A stretch of DNA of 51,104 nt from Agromyces sp. GTDB lineage: Bacteria > Actinomycetota > Actinomycetes > Actinomycetales > Microbacteriaceae. The notes beneath the pieces were generated by a model. It was not told the origin of the DNA. It saw nothing but the letters and a program-made list of their open reading frames with translations, and made no database searches. Location of the stretch: positions 1 to 51,104 of the forward strand of contig DASSBT010000031.1 in the NCBI GenBank assembly GCA_035698465.1. The letters are read 5' to 3'. Made by a program: the position numbers and the translations under genes. Shown here piece after piece: positions 18,288-29,022 of this stretch; position 1 is the stretch's first letter, and every line of letters starts with the position of its first letter.

Positions 18288-19622
18288 ATGAGCCTCGCCG
18301 TGCCGCCGCGGGATCCGGATGTCTCGGCGCGACGCCTGCTCGTGCTCTCGGTGCCGGCGATCGTCGTCGGTGTCGTCTCGGCCCTCGTGCTCTGGGCGCT
18401 CGACCAACTCGCCGCCGCACTCGAGGGGTTGCTCTGGGACACCGTTCCTGGCGCACTCGGGATCGATGCCTCGGGTTGGTGGATCGTCGTGGTGCTCACG
18501 ACGACAGGCCTCGCCGTCGGTGTGGCGCTCACCTTCATGCCCGGGCACGGCGGCCCTGACTCGGCGACCACCGAACTCGTCGAAGAGCCGTTGCCCATGC
18601 GTGCGCTGCCCGGCCTCGCCCTGGTCACGCTCCTCGGCCTCGCCGGCGGCGTGAGCCTCGGCCCTGAGAACCCGATCATCGCGATCAACGTCGCCATCAT
18701 CGTGACGATATTCGCTCGACTGCTGCCGCAGGTGCCGGCGCGCATCTCGATGCTGCTCGCCGCGTCGGCGACGATCGGTGCGCTGTTCGGCACGCCGGTC
18801 GCCGCCGCGCTCATCTTCACCGGCATCGTTGCGGCGGTCAAGGCGGGCGGGTCGCTGTGGGATCGCCTGTTCCTGCCAGTAGCGGCGGCCGGCGCAGGCG
18901 CCACCACGATGCACCTGCTCGGCGCACCTCCGTTCGCCTTCGAGCTACCGCCGTACGGCACACCGCAGACGATCGACTTCCTCACGGGTTCGATCGTCGC
19001 CTGCGGCGCTGCAGTGATCGGGCTGGCGGCGCTCGCCGCCTTCCCCGTCGTCTACCGCGCACTGCATGCGCTGCGGCATCCGATCATCATCGCGACCGTG
19101 GGTGGCTTCGTACTGGGCCTACTGGGACTCATCGGCGGGCCGATCACGATGTTCAAGGGGCTCGAGCAGATCGGCGAACTGCTCGAGAACGTCGACGACT
19201 ACAGCGCCGCTCAGCTCGCGGCGATCGCAGGCATCAAGATCGTGGCACTCTTGGTCGCCGCGAGCGCGCTCTTCCGCGGTGGTCGGGTGTTCCCGGCGAC
19301 CTTCATCGGCGTCGCGCTCGGGCTGCTCGGATACGCGCTCATTCCGGGACTGCCGCTCGCGCTCGCCGTCGGGTGCGGCGTGCTCGGCATCGTGCTCGTC
19401 GTCACTCGCGACGGCTGGATCGCCCTGTTCGTGGCCGTCGCGATCTCGGGCGACTTCACGACACTGCCGGTGCTCTGCGTCATCGTGCTGCCGGTGTGGC
19501 TCCTCGTGTCAGGAGCGCCCGAGTTCCGAATCGAGCCGGCGCAGCCTCCTGGGCAGGGCGATCCGGCCGGAGGCGCGCGCACGTCGGGCTCGCCCGCGCC
19601 TGACGGAGAAACCGCCCGGTAG
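18288..19622 (+). CDS. ClC-like ion channel protein (YfeO-like)
   Basis: GGVSLGPENP, GALFGTP and FRGGRVFP ClC-type motifs; many TM segments. Confidence 0.8.
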   Translation: MSLAVPPRDPDVSARRLLVLSVPAIVVGVVSALVLWALDQLAAALEGLLWDTVPGALGIDASGWWIVVVLTTTGLAVGVALTFMPGHGGPDSATTELVEEPLPMRALPGLALVTLLGLAGGVSLGPENPIIAINVAIIVTIFARLLPQVPARISMLLAASATIGALFGTPVAAALIFTGIVAAVKAGGSLWDRLFLPVAAAGAGATTMHLLGAPPFAFELPPYGTPQTIDFLTGSIVACGAAVIGLAALAAFPVVYRALHALRHPIIIATVGGFVLGLLGLIGGPITMFKGLEQIGELLENVDDYSAAQLAAIAGIKIVALLVAASALFRGGRVFPATFIGVALGLLGYALIPGLPLALAVGCGVLGIVLVVTRDGWIALFVAVAISGDFTTLPVLCVIVLPVWLLVSGAPEFRIEPAQPPGQGDPAGGARTSGSPAPDGETAR

Positions 19623-19745
19623 GCGCAACAGCGCGATCAGCGTCGGTTCCTTGCCAGCGTGCGTTCGCTGGGAGTACCCTGAGCGCCAGCGCCAGGCGAG
19701 GAGTCAACGGGTGCCGGTGCTTCTTGACAGCAAAGGGGAAATGCC

Positions 19746-20153
19746 ATGTCTGAAGTCCAGGCCCGAACCGGCTGGGTCGGTTGGGTGTTCTTCGCCGCCA
19801 TCATCCTGATCGTCGCCGGCGTCATCGACGTGATCTATGGGCTGGTCGCCGTGCTCGGCCCCGATAGTGCGTACTTCCTCGTGCCGAGCGGCTCGCTGAT
19901 CCTGTTCGACGTGTCGGGCTGGGGTTGGTGGCACCTGATCCTCGGCGTCGCGCTCGTCCTCGTGGGCATCGCACTGATGACGGGAGCCACGTGGGCGAGG
20001 GTCGTCGCGATCATCCTTGCGGCGCTGAACGGCATCAACCAGCTCTTCCTGCTTCCCGTGCAGCCGTGGTGGTCGCTCATCGTCCTCGCGCTCGACGTGC
20101 TCGTCATCTACGCATTGGCCGTTCACGGCAGAGAACTCAAGGACGTGCGCTGA
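19746..20153 (+). CDS. Four-TM membrane protein (DUF7144-like)
   Basis: GWVFFAAII...WGWWHLILG...WARVVAI...PWWSLIVLALDVLVIYAL. Confidence 0.78.
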   Translation: MSEVQARTGWVGWVFFAAIILIVAGVIDVIYGLVAVLGPDSAYFLVPSGSLILFDVSGWGWWHLILGVALVLVGIALMTGATWARVVAIILAALNGINQLFLLPVQPWWSLIVLALDVLVIYALAVHGRELKDVR

Positions 20154-21783
20154 CCTCGTCCTCTCCGGGTCGGCCGGCCGTCGCGGACTGCCGGCCGGGA
20201 AGGCGTCGCGTCGCCGGAAATGCCAGGAGCGTGGCGCCTGCGCACACCAGGATGCCGATCTTGATACCCGCCAGCTGGGCGTCGGCATAGCTCTCGATGA
20301 GGTCGTCGACCTGGTCGGCGGCGATCCCCGCGGCGAGGAGCGCCTCCTCGGCCTGCGCGGGCGGCACGTACTCGATGCCCTGGGAGACCCGCACGGTGGC
20401 CTGCTCGGCGACGGATGACTCGAGGTCGGGGTCTGCCGCGATGAGCGACGTCACTCCGGCGGCGAGCGCACCGACCATGAGTGCGCCGACGAGCGCGGTG
20501 CCAAGCGATGAGCCGAGGTTCTGGGCGGTGTACTGCAGCCCGCCGGCCTCGCTGCGGGCCTCGGGCGGGACCACCGATTGCACCACGTTGCCGAGCTGAG
20601 AGGCGAGGAGCCCCGTGCCGAGACCGAGCAGGGCCATCCCGATCCCGAACGGCACCCCTGAGAGCTCGGGGTCGATGGTGGTGATCAGCACGAGGCAGGC
20701 GAGGCCGATCGTGCCGAGCCCGGCGCGGGTGACCGCCCGTGCCCCGAATGGTTGACCGAAGCGAGCTCCCAGCGCTGCGGCGACCAGCATCGCCAGCGAC
20801 GTGGGAAGCAGCCGCAAGCCGGTCTCGAACGCATCGAAACCCTGGGTCACCTGCAGGTACAGGGGGATGGCGAAGAACAGGCCGAGCAGCACGAAGTTCT
20901 GCGCCACGAGGCTGGCAAGGCCCGATCTGAGCGCCGGGATGCCGAGGTTGCGCATGTCGAGCAGCGGCGTGCCGCCGAGGCGTGCCACGCGTCGCTCCCA
21001 CGCGGCGAAGCCCCAGAGCACGAGCAGGCCCGCCGCGATCACGAAGGGGGTGAGTGAGAACCCGAACGGGGTGATCGGCGACTGTCGTGGCTGGATCCAG
21101 CCCCAGACCCCGCTCTGGAGCACGCCGATGACGACCAGGGCGAGGCCCGCCGCCGACAGCAGCGACCCGCCCACGTCGAGTCGGAAGCGCTTGAGTGTCG
21201 AGCGGTCCTCGGCGATCCAGCCGCTGACCACCAACACGAAGATGACGAAGACGACCTCGCCGGCGAACACCCAGCGCCAGGAATACGCGGTGGTCATCCA
21301 TCCGCCGAGCAGCGGGCCGATCGCGATGCCCGCGCCCGCGACACCACCGATGATGCCGTACGCCCGAGCCCGTGCAGCACTGCCGGGGTAACTGCCGGCG
21401 ACGAGCGCCGCGAGGGCCGGCAGCACGAGGGCCGCCCCCGCGCCCTCGATGAACGACCAACCGACGATGAGCACGCCGACGGTCGGCGCAAGTGCGGTGA
21501 GCAGCGAGCCGACGCCGTAGATCACCAGTCCGATCCTGAACATCCGGAGCCGGCCGAACAGGTCGCCGAGCTTGCCGCCCGTGAGCATGAGCGCCGCCAT
21601 CACGAGGGCATAGAGGGTGATCGCGAGTTGGATGGTGGAGACGGTCGTGTCGAACTCCTCGACGAGTTGACTGATCGACACGCTCATCACCGAACTGTCG
21701 AGCACCATGATGAACTGCGCGATCGCCAGCGGGATCACCGCGCGCGAGGCGGTCGACGTGGGTGCCGTCGGCGTCGTCATCAC
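20137..21783 (-). CDS. MFS transporter (DHA2-like)
   Basis: QFIMVLDSSVMSVSI, GKLGDLFGR, GPLLGGW; same subfamily as 2282-3868. Confidence 0.88.
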   Translation of the reverse strand: MMTTPTAPTSTASRAVIPLAIAQFIMVLDSSVMSVSISQLVEEFDTTVSTIQLAITLYALVMAALMLTGGKLGDLFGRLRMFRIGLVIYGVGSLLTALAPTVGVLIVGWSFIEGAGAALVLPALAALVAGSYPGSAARARAYGIIGGVAGAGIAIGPLLGGWMTTAYSWRWVFAGEVVFVIFVLVVSGWIAEDRSTLKRFRLDVGGSLLSAAGLALVVIGVLQSGVWGWIQPRQSPITPFGFSLTPFVIAAGLLVLWGFAAWERRVARLGGTPLLDMRNLGIPALRSGLASLVAQNFVLLGLFFAIPLYLQVTQGFDAFETGLRLLPTSLAMLVAAALGARFGQPFGARAVTRAGLGTIGLACLVLITTIDPELSGVPFGIGMALLGLGTGLLASQLGNVVQSVVPPEARSEAGGLQYTAQNLGSSLGTALVGALMVGALAAGVTSLIAADPDLESSVAEQATVRVSQGIEYVPPAQAEEALLAAGIAADQVDDLIESYADAQLAGIKIGILVCAGATLLAFPATRRLPGRQSATAGRPGEDEVSARP

Positions 21784-22910
21784 GGCCCTTCTCTACCTAC
21801 GATCACCGCATCGGGGGTGGCCAAGGCGTTCACGAAGCGAATGAACACGGTGATCCACCCGAAGATGATGCTGAACGCGACCAGTTCGAACGCCGTGAGG
21901 TTGTAGTAGCCGACCGGCTCGAAGAGCAGGAAGCCGCCGATCAGTAGGGCGAACGTGCCGAAGCAGAACACGTGGAAGCGCTTCGGCAAGCCGCGCAGGA
22001 TCCATGGCGAGCCGAGCACCATCGCGGCGAACGCCGCCGCCATTCCGCTCGCACAGCCATTGTGGAGCGCGACGCTCACATCGAGGGGGAACAGGCCCAC
22101 GCCCGCGAGCATGACGCCCATCACCACGAAGGCGATCGAGATGAAGCGCGGCGCCCAGGCGTGCTCGAGTACGCCGCGTTCCGCCAGTGCGGTGAGGTCA
22201 CGATGCAGGTACAGCGAGAAGGTCGTGACGAAGAAGCCCGCGATGATCAGGGCGAGGTTGAACATGGTCGACGAGAAGCCGTCGGCGGTACCCAGCTGAC
22301 TGAAGTGGTATTCCCACCATGCCGGATCCTGCGCTGTCGAGATGCTCGTGAGCACGCTTGCCGACATGAAGAACACCAGGAGGCTCGCCATCTTGCGGGT
22401 GGTGATGTCGGAGACCGAGAGGTAGATGGCATAGCCCGTGAAGCCGGAAACCACTGCGACGGCCATCGTCGCCGTCAACGCGTCCACGACGAGGCCCTCG
22501 AACCCGCGTTGGAGCATGACGAACACCGCGATCGAGATGATGGCCGCGATGATGGCATGTACGAGCGCAACGGATGTCGCATCCACCATGAACTTCCAGG
22601 CGCCGATCTTCAGGCGCCACTCCTGGCCCGCCCGGTGCCGCGAGCGCCAATAGCCGATGTAGCCGGCGAGGATGCCGGCGACGAGGGATGCCCCTGCGGA
22701 GACGAGTCCCACCGAAACCCCGCCCCACAACGGCGTGTCGCGGCCGATGAAGAAGAGGCACCCGATGCCTCCGAGCACGAGCGCCGCTGCGACGCCCGCG
22801 ACGACGGCCTCGGTTTCGACGCGCAGTCGTGGAGAATCGGCGTCGACGGGCATGGAGACCTCCGTCGCGGTCTCGACACTGCTGGAAGGTCTGAGCATGG
22901 GCTGCCTCAA
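21780..22910 (-). CDS. Integral membrane protein (DUF998-like)
   Basis: WWEYHFSQLG, FNLALI, VGLFP, LHN, GYYNLTAFEL; paralog of 16391-17500. Confidence 0.75.
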   Translation of the reverse strand: MRQPMLRPSSSVETATEVSMPVDADSPRLRVETEAVVAGVAAALVLGGIGCLFFIGRDTPLWGGVSVGLVSAGASLVAGILAGYIGYWRSRHRAGQEWRLKIGAWKFMVDATSVALVHAIIAAIISIAVFVMLQRGFEGLVVDALTATMAVAVVSGFTGYAIYLSVSDITTRKMASLLVFFMSASVLTSISTAQDPAWWEYHFSQLGTADGFSSTMFNLALIIAGFFVTTFSLYLHRDLTALAERGVLEHAWAPRFISIAFVVMGVMLAGVGLFPLDVSVALHNGCASGMAAAFAAMVLGSPWILRGLPKRFHVFCFGTFALLIGGFLLFEPVGYYNLTAFELVAFSIIFGWITVFIRFVNALATPDAVIVGREGP

Positions 22911-24112
22911 TCAGCGTCCGGCGATGGGCTAACAGGATGTGGAATCGTTCGCTTCGATTCGTGTCGGGCCTGGCGCTCCGCTTTCGCTGCGGCGGTCGAC
23001 TCGGCGATGAGCGCCTTGGTCTCGTCGAGCTCGCCGAGCAGGGGGCGGATCCATGCCATCTTCGGGTTCGCATCGACGAGCACCACGCGCAGCAGGAGCG
23101 TCAGCGGGATGGCGAGGATCGCGCCGATCGGACCGAGCACGACCGCCCACAGGAGCACCGAGAAGAAGGTGATCGTCTGGCTGAGTGCGACGGCGTTGCC
23201 GACCACCCTCGGCTGGATGATCGACTGGACCACGGCGTTGATGAGTCCGTACACCACGATCACCGCGATGACCGTCGGCCAGCCGCCGACGAGACCGCCG
23301 AAGATGATCGGCGGGATGATGGCGATGAAGTAGCCGACGTTCGGTATGAAGCTGCAGAGGAACGCTAGGAGTCCCCAGATGAAGGCGCCGGGCACACCGA
23401 GCAGAACGAGGGCGAGCCAATTGACGGCACCCTGAACGAGGCCGAGCACCGTCGTGACCACCATGTAGCGGCGCACGTTCGTGGCGTACCCGGTCAGGGC
23501 GGTGACGAGGAGCGGGCGGTACGGCCTCGTCTGACGCAGCAGCGTGGGCAGGTAGCCCGCATCCATGGCCATCAGCAGGAGCATGGTGAAGATGATGACG
23601 AGCGCTGAGGTCGCGCCGACGACCCCGCCAACGAGACCGCCTACGACTTCGACGAGCGTCGACGCGTCGAAATCAGCGAAGAGCGCGCCGCCCTCACCCG
23701 TGCCGATGCCGAGTGAAGCGAGCCATGCCGAGACGTCGGCACCCCACGCGCGGATCTCATCGGCGAACTCGGGAAGCAGGTTCGCGAACTGGCCGAAGGC
23801 GACGAGCACGGCATAGCCGAACGTGAGCAGGAGCAGCGTGACGGCGGTGATCACCGACCCCGTGGCGATGCCTCGCGGCACGCCACGTCGTTCGAGCGCC
23901 ACCCGAAGGGGATGCACGCAGATCGTGAGCACCAGCGCGAAGAACACGGGGGCCACGATCGCCGCGGCGGCGGCAATGCCGAACGCAGCGACGACCGCAC
24001 CCCCGAGCCCGAGCATGATGAACGCATTGCGGTGGTCCCCCGACCCCGCGGCATCCGTCAATGCTCGGTCATCCTCGGCCTCGGGACGAATCACCCGCTT
24101 GTTCCACCACAC
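22907..24112 (-). CDS. AI-2E family transporter
   Basis: WGLLAFLCSFIPNVG, IIQPRVVG, LGPIGAILAIPLT; start uncertain. Confidence 0.87.
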   Translation of the reverse strand: MWWNKRVIRPEAEDDRALTDAAGSGDHRNAFIMLGLGGAVVAAFGIAAAAAIVAPVFFALVLTICVHPLRVALERRGVPRGIATGSVITAVTLLLLTFGYAVLVAFGQFANLLPEFADEIRAWGADVSAWLASLGIGTGEGGALFADFDASTLVEVVGGLVGGVVGATSALVIIFTMLLLMAMDAGYLPTLLRQTRPYRPLLVTALTGYATNVRRYMVVTTVLGLVQGAVNWLALVLLGVPGAFIWGLLAFLCSFIPNVGYFIAIIPPIIFGGLVGGWPTVIAVIVVYGLINAVVQSIIQPRVVGNAVALSQTITFFSVLLWAVVLGPIGAILAIPLTLLLRVVLVDANPKMAWIRPLLGELDETKALIAESTAAAKAERQARHESKRTIPHPVSPSPDAD

Positions 24113-24143
24113 GTGATCCTCCGATCCGAGGGCACCGGTCAGG

Positions 24144-24548
24144 TCAGGTGATGGTCGCTCGCTCCGCCGGCTGGCCGAGCGCCTTCGCCTTCAGCGTGTC
24201 GTATTCGGCCTGTGTGATCGCGCCGGAGTCGAGCAGTCGCTTCGCCGACTCGATCTCGGTGGCGGCTGAGTGCGTGCCGGCGACCGACCGGATGTAGTCG
24301 GTCGTCTCGGCCGTCGCCTCACGCGACCTCTGCGCGCCGCGCTCGGCCATGCTGCGCCCGCGTGCGATCAGGTAGATGAACGCGCCCAAGAACGGAAGGA
24401 TCACGAGGAAGATCACCCAGAGGGCCTTCGCCCATCCGTTGAGGGTGTGGTCTCTGAAGATGTCGACGATCACCGTGATGAAGATCCAGATGCAGGTGAT
24501 GAGGACGTAGAACCAGAAGAACCAGACGAAGAAGTCCCAGACAGTCAC
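24144..24548 (-). CDS. PLDc_N-like two-TM plus SHOCT domain protein
   Basis: DIFRDHTLNGWAKALWVIFLVILPFLG..IYLIARG; EIESAKRLLDSGAITQAEYDTLKAKAL; paralog of 17705-18115. Confidence 0.85.
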   Translation of the reverse strand: MTVWDFFVWFFWFYVLITCIWIFITVIVDIFRDHTLNGWAKALWVIFLVILPFLGAFIYLIARGRSMAERGAQRSREATAETTDYIRSVAGTHSAATEIESAKRLLDSGAITQAEYDTLKAKALGQPAERATIT

Positions 24549-24627
24549 GGCCGTCTCCATTCCATTGGCGGATGTGCCGATCACGCCCGCTTCGGCACGA
24601 ACGTATTGCGCACCGCCCGGGCACGCA

Positions 24628-24644
24628 TCACCCGGAACGGATGA
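24628..24644. promoter_or_regulatory. TCAYCC-N5-GGRTGA box 1
   Basis: TCACCC-GGAAC-GGATGA; TACGTT follows 22 nt downstream on the minus strand, toward the SHOCT gene. Confidence 0.65.
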
Positions 24645-25968
24645 TGCTGCGGGCACGGCGGCGCGCGGCGGCCGCCTTCCACCCGAAGTCCACGATGATC
24701 GACAGCGCGATGATGGCGACAAGAGCGAACGCGGTCGCCGGCTCGTTGACGAGCGTCGTGGTGCAGAACACGACGAAGGTGCCGAGCGTCGCGATGAGCG
24801 CGATGATCAGGACGACGATGCTGGCGCCGGTGGTTCGGAACAGCCGGAAGTGCGCGACCGTGACGGCTGAGAAGACGAGGAGCGCCACGGCGCTGCCGAT
24901 GGAGGCGATGTTGTTCAGGTTGAAGCCGACCACCAGCACGCTCGCGAACCCCGCCATGACGAGCAGGCCGACGGGGAACCGGCCGATGGAGCGTCCGAAG
25001 GCGGGCGGGAACTGCCCGACCGAGGCGAGATGCGCCGTCATCCCGATCGATGGATAGAGTCCCGCGTTGACCGCGCCGGTCGTCGAAAAGAGGGCGGTGA
25101 TCACCATCAACACGTACCCGGCCTGACCCAGGGTGGGCTTTGCCGCCTCAGCGAGCGCGGTGGTGCCGTACTCGACCACCTGGTCGGCCGTGAGGGTGCC
25201 GAACACGCCGAGCGACACCGCGACGTAGATCGTGGTCGCGATCGCGAGGGCGAGGTAGATGGCACGGGGAAGCTGGCGTCCGGGGTCTGGGAGGTCCTTT
25301 GCCGTGAACGTGATGACGCCGAAACCGAGGAAGGCGAAGAACGTGAGTGCCACGCTCGCGATGATCTCTTGAACCCCCGGATATCCAACGGGGGAGAGCA
25401 GGGCGGGGTCCCAGTTGGCGATCGTCACGGCAGCGAAGACGACGAGAATGGCCAGTACCACGATCACGATGACCGACTGCACGCGGGCGACGGCGGAGGA
25501 CCCGATCGCGTTGAGCGCCGTCATGACGAGGATCAGGGCGAGCGCGAGCACCTTCGCCCAGAACGGATCCTCGCCGGCCACCACAGCGCTGGCATAGCCG
25601 CCGAACGCGGAGGCGATCATCGCCACGACGATCGAGCCTGCGGTGAAGAACAGCCACGAGCCGATGCCGGTGAGATGGCCCTCCCCGAAGCCGCGAGACA
25701 TGTAGGTGAGGATGCCGCCGCCGGAGGGATACTTCGCTCCGAGCTTGGCGAAGGAGTAGCCCTGCAGCGCGGCGATCGCTCCGGCGATCAGGAAGGACAC
25801 CCACACCGCGGACCCCGCCACCGCGCCGGCCGCACCGAGGAGCGCGAAGATCCCGGCGCCGACCATCGAACCGACGCCGATGAACGTCGCCTGGATGACG
25901 GTCATCCGCTTCGGACCCGCTGGAGCGGACTCCGGCGTCTCCGGCGTTTCAGACGGCTGGGTGCTCAT
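24628..25968 (-). CDS. APC family amino acid permease (YbaT-like)
   Basis: GSMVGAGIFALLG, SFAKLGAKYPSGGG, FFAFLGF; about 12 TM. Confidence 0.88.
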   Translation of the reverse strand: MSTQPSETPETPESAPAGPKRMTVIQATFIGVGSMVGAGIFALLGAAGAVAGSAVWVSFLIAGAIAALQGYSFAKLGAKYPSGGGILTYMSRGFGEGHLTGIGSWLFFTAGSIVVAMIASAFGGYASAVVAGEDPFWAKVLALALILVMTALNAIGSSAVARVQSVIVIVVLAILVVFAAVTIANWDPALLSPVGYPGVQEIIASVALTFFAFLGFGVITFTAKDLPDPGRQLPRAIYLALAIATTIYVAVSLGVFGTLTADQVVEYGTTALAEAAKPTLGQAGYVLMVITALFSTTGAVNAGLYPSIGMTAHLASVGQFPPAFGRSIGRFPVGLLVMAGFASVLVVGFNLNNIASIGSAVALLVFSAVTVAHFRLFRTTGASIVVLIIALIATLGTFVVFCTTTLVNEPATAFALVAIIALSIIVDFGWKAAAARRRARSIIRSG

Positions 25969-27314
25969 CGCCGGACGGCCTCGGCGAGCTTGACGATGAA
26001 CAGGGTCTGCGCTGCGATCATCCGTTCGATCTCACCGGGGTCGACCGACTCGTCGGACGCGTGGATGCGCGATTGCGCGGTGTCTTCAGCACCCCAGAGC
26101 ACGATGGCCCCGTCCGGCGCAACCTTCTGCAGCGAGGCCACGAGCGGGATCGAGGCTCCGCTGCCGATCGACTCGACATCCGCATCGTATGCCTCGGCGA
26201 GCGCCGCGCTCGCCGCGATGATCGCCGGATGGCTCTCGTCGACCGCGAACGGCTGGCCGACCTTGACCTTCGCAACCTCGACCTCGCAATTCCAGGGTCG
26301 CTGCGATCGGAGGTGCGCCATGAGCGCCTCGAGTTGGGCGTCGCCATCTGATCCGGGGACGATGCGCATGGAGAGCTTCGCGGTCACCTCTGGGAGGAGC
26401 ACGTTCGAGGCCTCAGCCGTGTTCGGCAGGTCCATGCCCAGCACGGTCACCGACGGCTTCATCCAGATCCGGTCGGAGAGTGATCCGGTGCCGAGGAATT
26501 CGACACCCGGCAGGATCGACGAACCGTCGCGATAGACCGCCTCGTCCAGGTCGGCGCCGCTCCACCTGCCGCTGTCCACTCCGGGAATCACGGTGTCACC
26601 GTTCTCGTCGTGCAGCGAGTCGAGGATGCGAATCATCGCCGTCATCGCGTCCGGCGCCGCACCGCCGAACATTCCGGAATGTACGGGGTTGGCGAGGGTC
26701 CGCACCGTCACGGTGCAGGCGACGTCCCCGCGCAGTGCGGTGGTCAACCCTGGGCGACCGACGCGTTGGGGCCCGATGTCGGCGATCACGTAGGCGTCGG
26801 CGGCGAACAGATCCGGGTTCGCCTCGACGAAGGCCTCGAGGTGCGAGATCGTCTCCTCCTCCCCCTCCACGAGGATCTTGATGTGGCAGGGCCGATCGGG
26901 ACCGAGGAGCTTCAGCGTGCCGTAGTGGATGACGAGGCCCGACTTGTCGTCGGCCGCGCCGCGACCGTAGATGCGACCGTCGTCCTTGGTCACGGGTTCG
27001 AACGGATCGCTCGACCAGCCCTGGCTCTTCGGTGCGGGCTGCACGTCGTAGTGGGCGTACAGCAGCACAGTGGGCGAGCCCTCGGGGCCCGGCAGGCTCG
27101 CGTACACGCAGGGGTAACCGTCTGGAACGTCCAGCAAGGTGACCCCGGTCGCCCCGGCCGCCTCGAAGAGGTCGACGACCGCAGCTCCCATCGCGTGCAC
27201 CGGCTCGGGATCGAACCCGGGGAACGCCACGGAAGGGATGCGCACGAGCGCGTCGAGGTGCTCGAGCACTTCGGGCATGATCCGCGCGACAGCGGCGGAG
27301 AGGTCGTCGGACAT
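25965..27314 (-). CDS. M20/M25/M40 family metallopeptidase (dipeptidase-like)
   Basis: YAHYDVQP, GRGAADDK, EGEEE, HSGMFGG, IHASDES. Confidence 0.9.
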   Translation of the reverse strand: MSDDLSAAVARIMPEVLEHLDALVRIPSVAFPGFDPEPVHAMGAAVVDLFEAAGATGVTLLDVPDGYPCVYASLPGPEGSPTVLLYAHYDVQPAPKSQGWSSDPFEPVTKDDGRIYGRGAADDKSGLVIHYGTLKLLGPDRPCHIKILVEGEEETISHLEAFVEANPDLFAADAYVIADIGPQRVGRPGLTTALRGDVACTVTVRTLANPVHSGMFGGAAPDAMTAMIRILDSLHDENGDTVIPGVDSGRWSGADLDEAVYRDGSSILPGVEFLGTGSLSDRIWMKPSVTVLGMDLPNTAEASNVLLPEVTAKLSMRIVPGSDGDAQLEALMAHLRSQRPWNCEVEVAKVKVGQPFAVDESHPAIIAASAALAEAYDADVESIGSGASIPLVASLQKVAPDGAIVLWGAEDTAQSRIHASDESVDPGEIERMIAAQTLFIVKLAEAVRR

Positions 27315-27350
27315 GGGTGGGTTCCTCCTCAACAGGTGGAGTGGTGCTGG

Positions 27351-28823
27351 TCAGGCAGGGACGACGAGCTGGATCAGCAAGCCGGCCAGGACGACGGCAC
27401 CCCACGAGACGAGCATCGGGACGGTGAACGAATGCCACACCGGAACCGGGGTCAGCTTCGTCGACCCGGTCAGGTCGGTCTCGACGGCGGCGATCTGCGA
27501 TCCGTTCGCCGGGAACAGCCAGACGCCGATGAGCGAGGGCCACATCGCGGTGACGATTCCCGGGGCGAGGCCCGCGGCGAGCGCGATCGGAATCATCGTG
27601 TTCGTCGTCGCCGACTGGCTGGTGGTGAGACCACAGACGACGAACAGGGCGACGGCAAGCAGCAGCGGGTTCGCCTCGATCATCGCTCCGAGGGGCTCGA
27701 TGATGGTCTCCTCGTTTGCGGCGATGAAGGTGTCGGCCATCCACGCGATGCCGAACAGGGCCACTGCGGCAACGAAGCCGGCTTTGAGCAATGGCTGTTC
27801 GACCACGGTGGCGGGCTTGACCTTGCGCACGAGGATGATGACGAGCGCCGCACTGAACATCACCATCTCGATGATGGTCGCCATACCGATCGGCGCGAGC
27901 TCGCCCTCCTCGTCGGGGAACGACGGGCGGAGCCCCGGGAACAGGCCGAACAGCACGATGAGCAGCGTGCCTGCCACGAAGATCCATGCGGCCGTCGCAC
28001 CGCCGGGGGGCACGGGGTGCTCGATCCGTGCCGGAGGCGTCACCGGCGTCTGAGCCGAGCCGGTACCGCCTCCGCCCACTGCCGTCGCGGTGGTCGTCGC
28101 AGTCGTCGCAGACGCTGCCGCCGTCGACACCGCTCCACCGCCGACCTTGGCCTCGTACCGGGCGCGCAGCGCGGCCGGTACCTCGACGGTCCCCGCCTTG
28201 ACCCGCTTCAGGAACTCCGGATCATCGAGCAGGTCCTTGCCGATGCGCTGCTGCACGAGGGATGTGACGACGCAGGCGACGAGAGCGGCGGGGATGGTGA
28301 TGAGCAGGATCTGCGGGAGTCCGTACCCGGTACCTTCCATGAGCACCAGGTAGGCCGCCATGGCGGCCGACACCGGGCTCGCCGTGATTCCCAGACCGGA
28401 GGTGACCGTCGATGCCGCGAGGGATCGCTCGGGACGCTGCCCGTTGCGGTATGCGGTCTCGTAGATGACCGGGATGAGCGCGAAGAAGATGTTCGACGTC
28501 CCGGAGAGCACCGTGAAGACGAATGCGACGATCGGGGCGACGTAGGTGAGGCGTCTGGGATTGCGCTGGATGATCTTCGATGCGATCGCCACCAGGTAGT
28601 CGATGCCGCCGGCGGCCTGCATGGCGGACGACGCGGTGATCACCGCGATGATGATGAAGAAGGCATCGATGGGGATGGACCCGGGCGGGAGCTGGAACCC
28701 GAACACCAGGATCGCGGTGCCGACGACCCCCCAGAGGCCCAGGCCCAGACCGCCGGTGCGAACTCCGAGCGCGATTGCGCCGATCACGACACAACCTTGG
28801 AGAATGACGAGCACGATGTCCAT
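27351..28823 (-). CDS. Anaerobic C4-dicarboxylate transporter (DcuA/B family)
   Basis: AMQAAGGIDYLV, RPER, GITASPVSAA, FGIAWMADTF, SQSAT, HSF..P. Confidence 0.87.
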   Translation of the reverse strand: MDIVLVILQGCVVIGAIALGVRTGGLGLGLWGVVGTAILVFGFQLPPGSIPIDAFFIIIAVITASSAMQAAGGIDYLVAIASKIIQRNPRRLTYVAPIVAFVFTVLSGTSNIFFALIPVIYETAYRNGQRPERSLAASTVTSGLGITASPVSAAMAAYLVLMEGTGYGLPQILLITIPAALVACVVTSLVQQRIGKDLLDDPEFLKRVKAGTVEVPAALRARYEAKVGGGAVSTAAASATTATTTATAVGGGGTGSAQTPVTPPARIEHPVPPGGATAAWIFVAGTLLIVLFGLFPGLRPSFPDEEGELAPIGMATIIEMVMFSAALVIILVRKVKPATVVEQPLLKAGFVAAVALFGIAWMADTFIAANEETIIEPLGAMIEANPLLLAVALFVVCGLTTSQSATTNTMIPIALAAGLAPGIVTAMWPSLIGVWLFPANGSQIAAVETDLTGSTKLTPVPVWHSFTVPMLVSWGAVVLAGLLIQLVVPA

Positions 28824-28909
28824 TGCAACCCCCATAGGTTGGCGGTGACTCCGCGAGACCGCCTGCGTTGACGGCGAACGAACGATACCGCCCGCGGGAT
28901 TCGGCGACA

Positions 28910-28926
28910 TCACCCGATTCGTATGA
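28910..28926. promoter_or_regulatory. TCAYCC-N5-GGRTGA box 2 (1 mismatch) between divergent genes
   Basis: TCACCC-GATTC-GTATGA; TATCGT 22 nt away on the minus strand and TACTCT 23 nt away on the plus strand. Confidence 0.65.
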
Positions 28927-29022
28927 TGCCGTGGCGATCAGATGGGTTCTACTCTCCCTATCGATGGCGCATCGAAGACGGACCGCCGACGATGACGCCG
29001 TTCACGACGGCGGGAGTGCGAG

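Noticed and set aside
28060-28145. Thr/Ala/Gly-rich stretch in the Dcu transporter
   Set aside because: Ordinary low-complexity loop; no match to the repeat families seen elsewhere
26610-28871. Long antisense ORFs (753 aa here; also 36814-39237, 40141-42582, 42976-45291, 4731-6356)
   Set aside because: Shadow ORFs opposite well-supported genes, expected from high-GC codon bias; no recognisable motifs
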